This document shows positions 30,149 through 38,447 of a stretch of DNA of 64,000 nt, in pieces. How positions within the stretch are numbered: position 1 is the first letter of the stretch; every line of letters starts with the position of its first letter. Under the pieces are notes generated by a model, which had not been told where the DNA came from, did no database searches, and worked only from the letters and a program-made list of their open reading frames with translations. The stretch covers positions 1,728,001 to 1,792,000 of the forward strand of contig OY760175.1 in assembly GCA_963663165.1 (NCBI GenBank). The letters run 5' to 3'. The position numbers and the translations under genes were made by a program. Source of the stretch: an uncultured Desulfospira sp. (GTDB lineage Bacteria > Desulfobacterota > Desulfobacteria > Desulfobacterales > Desulfobacteraceae).

Positions 30149-31447
30149 ATGGACCTGGATCATGCCCGCATCAGGGTTGAAAACCTGCGTGAGAAATCGG
30201 ATTTTCCCTTTGCCCCCCTGGAAGGGGTGGGCCCTAACCTGGCCGGCTGGGGCGTCATCGAGACCTGCCTGCTGCTGCCGGAGTCGGTGGCGGTCATGGT
30301 CGGGCCTTCGGCCTGCCTGCGCCATTCAGCCTTTATGGCCCATGCCAGGGGATTTACAGAACGGTTTTATATGCTGTGCGTGCCTGAACTTGACATGGCC
30401 ATGGGCAATCACCTGTCCGTGGTGGAAAAGGGCATCAGGGACATTGCAAAAACGCGGCAGGAAAAGGTAATTTTCCTGATTGTGGGGTGCCCGGATTATA
30501 TTCTGGGTACGGATCTTACCGGGGTCATCCGGCGCCTGGAAGCCGCCACCGGGAAAAAGATCATCCCCGGGGCCATGGCACCCATTACCATCGGGCTTAA
30601 ATCATCCCCCTTTGCCTCGGCCTATACCTCGTTTTTCGAGTTCCTTAAGGACACACCCCGGGGTCAAGATGACCGGGTCCTCAACCTTTTGGGCACATTT
30701 ATGCCCCTGTCGGATTCCGGGGAGCTTTATCAGGTTCTGGCCGCCGCCGGCATGGACACGGTACTTCAAATCCCCCTGTGCCGTGATTTAACACAATTCT
30801 CGCGCATGGCCCATGGCCGGGCCTCAGTGGTCCTGCACCCGCTGGCCAACGGCCTTTCCGGCAAAATGGAACAAGAGATGGGCATTCCGGCCTGTTTTGC
30901 GCCAACGTCCTATGGATTTTCCATTATCCGGGAACAGTATGAGAAAATCAGTGAGGCTGTGGGACAGCCCCTTGATACCGGGCCTTATGAACAGGCGGCC
31001 CGGCAGGCGGCGGCCCCCTTGCTGGAGATGCTTTACGGCAAATCGGCCGCCGTGGGATGCAGTATCAACGGCAGCCCCTTTGAGCTTTCCCTGTTTCTGG
31101 TCCAAAGCGGTGTCAATGTGGAAGCCGTTTTTGCCCGGGGCGCCATCAAGCCCTATGAATGGGACCTGATCCAGCAATTGCGTAAGGTAAAACCGGACAT
31201 CCATGTGTACAACGCATCCCATCCGGCCCTGTGCGGACACACCCAACCTTTTGACACCGTGGAACTGGCCTATGGCGTTGATGCGGGTATTTTTTGTGCC
31301 CAGGCCGCCAATGTGCCCCTGTCCCGCTACCAGGAACAAACATACGGGTTTGAAGCCGCTGTCTGGATGCTTGAACAAAGCTGCCGGGCCCTGACCCATC
31401 CGGTGGACAACTATGAGTGGATATACAAACACAACTTTCTCATATGA
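30149..31447 (+). CDS. Nitrogenase component-1-like subunit (NifD/NflD-like)
   Basis: VMVGPSACLRH, ELDMAMG, IVGCPDYILGTD, LNLLG; follows the NifH-like gene. Confidence 0.8.
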   Translation: MDLDHARIRVENLREKSDFPFAPLEGVGPNLAGWGVIETCLLLPESVAVMVGPSACLRHSAFMAHARGFTERFYMLCVPELDMAMGNHLSVVEKGIRDIAKTRQEKVIFLIVGCPDYILGTDLTGVIRRLEAATGKKIIPGAMAPITIGLKSSPFASAYTSFFEFLKDTPRGQDDRVLNLLGTFMPLSDSGELYQVLAAAGMDTVLQIPLCRDLTQFSRMAHGRASVVLHPLANGLSGKMEQEMGIPACFAPTSYGFSIIREQYEKISEAVGQPLDTGPYEQAARQAAAPLLEMLYGKSAAVGCSINGSPFELSLFLVQSGVNVEAVFARGAIKPYEWDLIQQLRKVKPDIHVYNASHPALCGHTQPFDTVELAYGVDAGIFCAQAANVPLSRYQEQTYGFEAAVWMLEQSCRALTHPVDNYEWIYKHNFLI

Positions 31448-31457
31448 GGGATCACCC

Positions 31458-32657
31458 ATGAAAGCATATCATCATCTCCTTCCCCTGGCCACGGGCTATT
31501 TCGGGGTCAGTTCCGCACTTTACAACTTTGGCGGCCTGGTGGTCATCTATGGACCTGCAGGCGGGGCCTGGCACATCAATATCGAGGATGAACCGCGCTG
31601 GTACCGGGGGCCGGCCACAGTGGTGGGGGCGGGCCTGCTGGAAATGGACGTGATCCTGGGCAATGATAACAAATTTATCACCCATATCGTTGAGACCGCC
31701 AAGGGGTTGAATTCCCCTTTTGTGGCCCTGTCAGGCACCCCCATCTCAGAGATTATCGGTACCGATCTTAAGGGATTTGTGCGGAGTGTTGAAAGCCGTA
31801 CCGGCATCCCGGTGTTCATGGTGCCCACGGCCGGTTCCGAACCCTATCCCGAGGGGGCGTCCAAGGCGCTTCTGGCCCTTTCCGACAAAATCATGGATCC
31901 GGATGCCCCTAAGCAGCCCAAAGGGGTTAACATCCTCGGGGCCATTCATCTTTCCACGGGCCGGCAGGCCCATATCGAACCGTTGCTTAACGCCATCCGG
32001 GAAGATGGATTTAAGCTTATGGGCGGGTTTTCCTGCCCCATCCCCGGGCAGGATGATCCCCTTGAAGGGATTCGCGTGGCGCCGGGTGCTGAGGTTAACG
32101 CCGTGGTGTCCACCAGCGGGCTGGCCCTGGCCGAGCGGATGTATACGGATTTTGGAATTCCCTTTGTGGCGGGCATGCCGGTCGGGCTTTCCGGACGTGA
32201 TGCCTTTCTGGCCATGCTGCACGGACAACGGCCTGAGTTTCAGCTGCCAAAACAGGAAACAACCCCTTACCGGCACGCCCTGGTTATTGGCGAACCAATC
32301 ATGGGATACGGGGTCCGGCATTGCCTGCGTTATGATTTCGGCCTGCCCCGGGTGGACGTGATCTCAGTAACCCCCAGTGAACCGCTTTTCCGGGAATCCA
32401 AAGGCCGGACCGGCATCTTGGCCGAACAGGGACCCGCAGATATGGACACGGACGACGAGCAGCAGATCACAGAATTGATGAATGACCCGGATGTGGACCT
32501 GATTGTAGCGGACCCCTTTTACCAGGCCCTGCTCACCAAAGAGGCAGCGTTCATCCCTTTACCCCATGTGGCCATGAGTGCCCGGATTCATTGGGACATG
32601 GGTTACGAATACGCCGTGGACAAGGGGTACGCGTATCTGGCCTCACGTCTGCAATGA
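31458..32657 (+). CDS. Nitrogenase component-1-like subunit (NifK/NflK-like), lacking the usual cluster Cys
   Basis: GVSSAL, LLEMDVILG, GTPISEIIGTDL, GVNILG, GIPFVAGMPVG, LIVADP. Confidence 0.75.
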   Translation: MKAYHHLLPLATGYFGVSSALYNFGGLVVIYGPAGGAWHINIEDEPRWYRGPATVVGAGLLEMDVILGNDNKFITHIVETAKGLNSPFVALSGTPISEIIGTDLKGFVRSVESRTGIPVFMVPTAGSEPYPEGASKALLALSDKIMDPDAPKQPKGVNILGAIHLSTGRQAHIEPLLNAIREDGFKLMGGFSCPIPGQDDPLEGIRVAPGAEVNAVVSTSGLALAERMYTDFGIPFVAGMPVGLSGRDAFLAMLHGQRPEFQLPKQETTPYRHALVIGEPIMGYGVRHCLRYDFGLPRVDVISVTPSEPLFRESKGRTGILAEQGPADMDTDDEQQITELMNDPDVDLIVADPFYQALLTKEAAFIPLPHVAMSARIHWDMGYEYAVDKGYAYLASRLQ

Positions 32658-32679
32658 AAATGAACTTTCCCCTCAAACA

Positions 32680-34644
32680 CTAATTTAATGTTGGCTTTTC
32701 CTGATAATTTTGTAAGCTGGCATACAAATCATCCTGGTAAGCGATACTTCCCCACAGGGAATATGCCAGGGCTTTTTTGACCGTATCCCGGGACAGCGGA
32801 GCATCGCTCAAGGTTTTGGTGTGGCGGTTATAGCGGAATGTCCGGGGCGGTTTATGGGGCTGGAAGGCCACCAGTTCATGGTTGGCACCCATCCATGCGA
32901 ATGTTTTATCCCGTTGCATAATCGCACGTAGTTTGTCCATGGGGATATCTTTTGTCATATCATGGCCGATCATGGGCGTATAGGCACTGATGCCGGCCAG
33001 TGACAGCAACGTTACCGGCAAATCAAGCTGACTGGCAAGGCGATCATCCATTCGCGGCGCAATGCCGCCGCCGGTAATAACGGCAGGAATATGGAAGTGA
33101 GTAACCGGGACCATCTGATCCCCGTAAGTCCGGGCGTCATGGTCTGCAACCACCAGAAAAATGGTGTTTTCCCAGTAATTGGACTTCCTGGCCTTTTCAA
33201 AGAACCGCCCAATGGCATAGTCCGCATATTTTACCGCATTTTCACGGGTTGAAGCTGGTTCATTAACCGGGCTGATCCGCCCTTGCGGGTATTCAAAGGG
33301 GGAATGGTTTGAGGATGTGAACACCAGGCTGAAGAAAGGCTTATGCTCAGTGGCGAACCCGGTGAACTGCTGATGGGCTTTATTAAAAAGGTCTTCATCA
33401 CTTACCCCCCAGGAACCGACATATTCCGGATTGGAAAACGTGGGGGCATCCTGAATACGGTTAAAGCCATTGCCCAGAAAAAAGTGTTTCATGTTGTCAA
33501 AGTGGCTTTCACCGCCATAGATAAACTCGGTGACATACCCTTGTTTTTTTAATACATCCGCAATGGTGAAAAAATTGGCCTGGCTTTTGCCCAGCTTAAC
33601 TGTTGAACGGGCCGGCGTTGGCGGGAATCCGGCTGTAAGCGCTTCAATCCCCCGCACAGAGCGGGTTCCCGTTGCATATAAATTGGTAAATGCCCAGCCT
33701 GAGTGAATCAGATTATCCATGTTCGGTGACAAATCTTTTCCCCCCAGGGATTTCACAAACTGTGACCCATGGCTTTCCAAAAGAAGAATGACCATATTTT
33801 TTTTCTTTGTCCCTGTGGCTTTATGATAGGCAAGGGTCGGATATTGACCGGTAGCAAACGCATCCGGATTTAAATCCATTTGAGACCGGATGGTTTTGAT
33901 CACGTCAGCCTTATCCATTTTGGGATACAGGTCCACCGCACTGGCCTCACCCCCCATCTGGGTTATGGCAAACATAACCGAGTATGATGAATTTAAAACC
34001 AGATCATTAACCAGCGGGTCGGTGGAAAATGAGACCATAGAAGGATTCATGGGCCTGTGGTCGAGGCTGTTTCTTGCGCCAAAAACGCACAATGCCGTCA
34101 ACATCACCCCAATGGCCGGACGATAAATCCATTTGACGGGGGATGACAGGTTACTGGTCCACCGGCCCGTTGCTCGCCACAAGGCCCAGACGGTTAACAG
34201 GGAGACCCCAAGCCCCACCAAAAGTTCCGGCTTATAACCGGCCCACAACATGGCCAGGACTTCCCTGGGATAGATCAGGTATTCTACAAAGATACGGCCG
34301 GGCCGAAGGTCGTATTCCTGAACATAGGAAACCGTGGCCACTTCCATATAGACCAATATCCATCCGCCAACGGTAAGCCATATTCTGAGCACGGATTTCC
34401 ATATCCGGCCGGCCCGATGAGAACCAGATATTACACAATGAAGAAGTGCCGGAAGAACCAGAAAATAACTGAGGGTGGACATATCAACCCGCAATCCCCC
34501 CAAAAAAAGCCGGGCCAGGTCTGAGGCCCCATGCAGACGGTCCCATTGCCATAAGGACAGGCAAAGCCGCGAGGCTGACAGAAAAACCAGGGCCAGTATG
34601 AAAAAATTAACTATGGGCGTTAAATAATGACGCTGTTTCATCAT
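32680..34644 (-). CDS. LTA synthase family / sulfatase-like membrane protein
   Basis: About 5 N-terminal TM helices, then VILLLES, TGTRSVRG, SSNHSPF, YADYAIG, VADHDAR; ATG 34644 with GGAGGA RBS. Confidence 0.9.
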   Translation of the reverse strand: MMKQRHYLTPIVNFFILALVFLSASRLCLSLWQWDRLHGASDLARLFLGGLRVDMSTLSYFLVLPALLHCVISGSHRAGRIWKSVLRIWLTVGGWILVYMEVATVSYVQEYDLRPGRIFVEYLIYPREVLAMLWAGYKPELLVGLGVSLLTVWALWRATGRWTSNLSSPVKWIYRPAIGVMLTALCVFGARNSLDHRPMNPSMVSFSTDPLVNDLVLNSSYSVMFAITQMGGEASAVDLYPKMDKADVIKTIRSQMDLNPDAFATGQYPTLAYHKATGTKKKNMVILLLESHGSQFVKSLGGKDLSPNMDNLIHSGWAFTNLYATGTRSVRGIEALTAGFPPTPARSTVKLGKSQANFFTIADVLKKQGYVTEFIYGGESHFDNMKHFFLGNGFNRIQDAPTFSNPEYVGSWGVSDEDLFNKAHQQFTGFATEHKPFFSLVFTSSNHSPFEYPQGRISPVNEPASTRENAVKYADYAIGRFFEKARKSNYWENTIFLVVADHDARTYGDQMVPVTHFHIPAVITGGGIAPRMDDRLASQLDLPVTLLSLAGISAYTPMIGHDMTKDIPMDKLRAIMQRDKTFAWMGANHELVAFQPHKPPRTFRYNRHTKTLSDAPLSRDTVKKALAYSLWGSIAYQDDLYASLQNYQEKPTLN

Positions 34645-34699
34645 GGGGTCACATCCTCCAGGCTCCAAATAATTCGGGCTAAAGGATATCAGAGGATAT

Positions 34700-34748
34700 A
34701 TGAAGAATTTATGAAGACGCCTCATTTTTCTCTTCACGGTTCCTTCAT
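34700..34748. promoter_or_regulatory. Two oppositely oriented 11-bp-period direct repeats (OmpR/PhoB-type box candidates)
   Basis: ATGAAG-N5-ATGAAG (34700-34716; CTTCAT-N5-CTTCAT on the minus strand) and CTTCAC-N5-CTTCAT (34732-34748). Confidence 0.5.
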
Positions 34749-34800
34749 AGTGGTGGTGCTATCGTCCCTGAAACAAACCTAAAAAATTTTGGAGACCATC

Positions 34801-36486
34801 ATGAAGACAACCATGGACAGGAGACAATTTTTAAAATATACGGGTGTCAGCTTGGCCGGCCTGGGGCTGTCTTCCCTTAACCTGCCTTTTTTCCGTATGG
34901 GAAAGGCCCGTGCTGCCCTTGGCCGTGACGCCTGGTGTTTTGGCGTCATGGGCGATACCCAGTGGAAGACCGGCCTTTGGGAGACAGGGGGGCATATGTC
35001 CTGTGCCACAGGCATTATTGACGTCATCAACCAGCAGTTTATCGGGCATGGCTGCAAATTTGTGGTTCAGGTCGGGGACCTTGTGGGAGATGAATCCTAT
35101 ATGGGCAAACGGTGCCTGCCCACCCGGGCTGACCATGCCCGGGAACTTTACCATGAAGGCATCGGCTTTTTCCCGTTAAGGGGAAACCATGAATCCAGCT
35201 CAACCGCAGCCAATGAGTTTCCGGTTATTTTCCCCCAGACCCTGGGAAAAGGCCACAACCTTAACGGTGCCGCCCATTTCCAGGCATCGGATAATGAGCA
35301 GCTCAAAGGCCTGACCTATGCCTTTGACTACAATAATGTGCGCTGCGTCATGCTCGACCAGTTTGTCCGCAGGGACGGCAGCAACTACAACCCATCAGAC
35401 AAAGCCAGACAGGAGTACTCCAACAATATGGTGGATCAGGTGGACTGGACAGACAGGGTTTTATCTTCCACGCCTGACGGATACCATTCCTTTGTTTTTT
35501 CCCATAAGAATCTCATCGGCCAGAACCACAAGGACAATCTGTTCGGCGACAGCCTGACATCCAATGCCCATGCCAGAGATAAATTTCTGACCAGCCTCCA
35601 CCACAACGGCACCGGCTATTATATCAGCGGCCATGATCACATGCACCACCGCTCCCTGGTATCCACCAGCGATGGATCTGCCATGGTGCCCCAGATGATT
35701 ACCGCTTCCAACAGTTATAAATTTTATACCCCCCGAACCGGTGATGATAAGAGAGAGACCCCCCTTGGCCAGGAATTGTATACCATCGGATATTACATTG
35801 TGACCGTAGAAGGCCCCAGGGTCACCGTGGATTTTTACTCTGCCAGCCACGGCAGAAAATTCACCCGGGTCACCCGCGAAAGCCTTGATTCTATTCCATC
35901 TTCCTTTGCCTTTTTCTTAAGGGAACGGTTTGGTTACAGCCTGAACGGCCGGCAGTTTGAAATCCCCCAGGAAGGGGCTTACATTGATGTGACGGACAAT
36001 TATCGGGGCACCACGGCCAAAATCCTGGCCGGGACAAACAAGGATACCAAAACCGATTACCTGAACCGCAATCTGACCAAAACCGTAAATACCGGCTGGG
36101 CTGATTCCAATAATACGGATGATGCTGTCAGTGACATCTTTACCCTGTGGGGAATGGCAGATAACTTAAGCCTTTATTCAGGTGCTGGCCTGCTGCCGGC
36201 TTCAGACAGGGTTCAGGTTACCGATGAATACGTTCTTTCCATGTCTTACAACAGCAAGAAAACAGGGGCTTTTGAACTTTCCAACGGCAAGGTATGCATT
36301 GCCGCCAGAAATAAAGACGACCAGTGGGTCAATGCCGTGAAGCTGAACCATGGCGGCACCACAGCTTTCAAAAAAGGCCCATATAAATCCACTTATGGTC
36401 TGGGCACCTATGGCATTGACCCTGACACCAGGACCGTCTGGGCAGTGATGAATCATGAAGGAGACTTTGTGGCCAAACTGATTTAA
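34801..36486 (+). CDS. Tat-exported calcineurin-like metallophosphoesterase
   Basis: DRRQFLK twin-arginine signal; GDTQ, QVGDL, RGNHE, FSHK, SGHDH metal motifs. Confidence 0.88.
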   Translation: MKTTMDRRQFLKYTGVSLAGLGLSSLNLPFFRMGKARAALGRDAWCFGVMGDTQWKTGLWETGGHMSCATGIIDVINQQFIGHGCKFVVQVGDLVGDESYMGKRCLPTRADHARELYHEGIGFFPLRGNHESSSTAANEFPVIFPQTLGKGHNLNGAAHFQASDNEQLKGLTYAFDYNNVRCVMLDQFVRRDGSNYNPSDKARQEYSNNMVDQVDWTDRVLSSTPDGYHSFVFSHKNLIGQNHKDNLFGDSLTSNAHARDKFLTSLHHNGTGYYISGHDHMHHRSLVSTSDGSAMVPQMITASNSYKFYTPRTGDDKRETPLGQELYTIGYYIVTVEGPRVTVDFYSASHGRKFTRVTRESLDSIPSSFAFFLRERFGYSLNGRQFEIPQEGAYIDVTDNYRGTTAKILAGTNKDTKTDYLNRNLTKTVNTGWADSNNTDDAVSDIFTLWGMADNLSLYSGAGLLPASDRVQVTDEYVLSMSYNSKKTGAFELSNGKVCIAARNKDDQWVNAVKLNHGGTTAFKKGPYKSTYGLGTYGIDPDTRTVWAVMNHEGDFVAKLI

Positions 36487-36499
36487 AGAAAATGGACAG

Positions 36500-37216
36500 T
36501 TAAAGAAATAATTCTACCGGCACCGGGCGGTTCAGGCAGATCCGCTCAAGATCAATGGATACGTCCCGGGTTATGATCCGAACCCCGTTGGCCGCTGCAT
36601 TCTTAAGTTTGTCAGCATATGCCGGATCAATATGGGAGGCCGGGGAAAATTGTCTGGCATCCATGCGCTGGATCAAATAGAAAATCACCCCCATGTCTCC
36701 TTCTTTGACCAGGCGGACCAGTTCATCAAGATGCTTTTGCCCCCGGGTGGTCACGGCATCGGGGAACATGGCCCTTCCCTGCTCCACCAGGGTGCAGTTT
36801 TTGATTTCCACAAAGCAAAGCTTTCCGGAAGGGCTTTCCAGCTTCAGGTCCAGGCGGGTGTGATCGCTTGTTTTTACCTCTGATGTTACCTTTTTAAAGG
36901 CAGCCAACTCCTCAACCAGGCCGGCTTTAATCGAGTCCCGGACCAGTCTGTTGGGCACCTGGGTATTGATGCCGACCATGGACTCGGGCATCCGGATCAG
37001 TTCCCAGGTGTATTTGAGCTTTCGTTTTGGATTGTCACTCTGGGAAATCCAGACCGGGGCATCGTTCAGGGCACACCCGGTCATGGCTCCGGAGTTGGGA
37101 CAATGGGCCGTAACGGTCTGCCCGTTTTCAAGGATCACATCCGCCAGAAACCGTTTATACCGCTTAACCAGCCGGCCGGCAATCAGCGGCGGCAGCTCAT
37201 ATCCGTTATATGTCAC
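36500..37216 (-). CDS. sfsA: DNA/RNA nuclease SfsA
   Basis: RYKRFLADV, HCPNSGAM, EIKNCTL, FPDAVTTRGQKHL. Confidence 0.93.
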   Translation of the reverse strand: MTYNGYELPPLIAGRLVKRYKRFLADVILENGQTVTAHCPNSGAMTGCALNDAPVWISQSDNPKRKLKYTWELIRMPESMVGINTQVPNRLVRDSIKAGLVEELAAFKKVTSEVKTSDHTRLDLKLESPSGKLCFVEIKNCTLVEQGRAMFPDAVTTRGQKHLDELVRLVKEGDMGVIFYLIQRMDARQFSPASHIDPAYADKLKNAAANGVRIITRDVSIDLERICLNRPVPVELFL

Positions 37217-37219
37217 CGG

Positions 37220-37660
37220 TTACTTGCCGTTTCCCTGGCCGGTCATATAAAGCCGCAACGCTTCCTGAACGGTTCCGGCGGCAAGGTAGGCGCAATGTTC
37301 CTCATCTTTGGGCATTTCCCCGAGTTTGGACAAGATCAGCTCCCCGGTTATATCGGCCAGCTCTTCCACCTGTTTTCCAATGCTCAGTTCTGCGGCAAAT
37401 GATCCGCACACGTTGCTGGACCCGCACCCGTCGGTCACGTATGAAGCACTTTTGACCCTTTCCCCCTCAAGTTCAAGAAAAATATCCATGGAATCCCCGC
37501 AGTCTCCCACGGTATGGGCATGAACATCGCAGTGTTCCATGACCCCCCTGAATTTGGGATTCTGCCACCGGTCAAAACCGGCATCCCCTAAAACGGTCCT
37601 TGCCTCATCAAATATCTGACCTTGAAGGTCATCCAAAAACTTATCCAGGTTGTCCGCCAT
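37220..37660 (-). CDS. IscU/NifU N-terminal-domain scaffold-like protein
   Basis: GDCGDSM, DGCGSS, EHCAYLA. Confidence 0.85.
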   Translation of the reverse strand: MADNLDKFLDDLQGQIFDEARTVLGDAGFDRWQNPKFRGVMEHCDVHAHTVGDCGDSMDIFLELEGERVKSASYVTDGCGSSNVCGSFAAELSIGKQVEELADITGELILSKLGEMPKDEEHCAYLAAGTVQEALRLYMTGQGNGK

Positions 37661-38447
37661 TATTATGGTCCTTTCATTTTATATTATCTTGATCATGTTA
37701 ATCATGATCTACCCTTCGTAAACCCCCTAATAATTGATTTCCCAGGGCATTCCCGTGAAAAAACATCAAGAATCGGCCTAACCGTCAACTGCTCAATTGT
37801 GAAAAATAGGTCTCTATAGAAACAGGCAAATACAGCCAGGGTGAATATAACATAATATGCGAAATATCATCATATTTCCTGACGAACATTTGTAAGGATT
37901 GCAGATGAAATAACTTGATCAAAATTGCGCCGAACTTTGGCTCATATACAAGGCGCATCAAAGGTTTAATAGCAGGCCTATTCAGCCTTTGATGCAACGC
38001 TGTAGATGAGTCAAAGGGCAAGTAATTTTGTTCAAGTTATAAAATTTGCAATCCTAAGGAAGCGAAACGGTTCACTCTGTCATGAAAAAGGATCTGACTG
38101 TAGGAACATTGCCGTCAAGAGAAATTGCAGCATGGTGGTGGATAATGATCCCGGTTTTAAATCTGAACCAGATGCCGTGGATTTGGATCTTGACATCTAA
38201 TTGCGAAGTTGGTAAGCGAATTATGAAGTATAGAAAAAAAAGCTAAACTGTTTCAAAATAATATAGCGCTTACATTGAAGGATAATCCATTCTTTGTTTA
38301 CGGAATTATCTGTTTTCATAAAGCGTTTTACGGCTCAACAATGGGTCAAATGCATTTAGAAATAAGTACTCAGCCCATTTAAGGGTCATTTGGTTTAGAA
38401 ACCATCGTTGTTCCATAACAAAGTATCTTTGAGTCCGGAGGCTGCGT

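Noticed and set aside
29348..32657. Bona fide Mo/V/Fe nitrogenase
   Set aside because: The subunits are too short, P-cluster/FeMoco ligands are missing, and there is no nifENB.
37661..38447. ncRNA or small genes in the 790-bp AT-rich gap before the Rhs locus
   Set aside because: Only one 10-bp stem (about 37955-37995) and weak ORFs; nothing I can assign.
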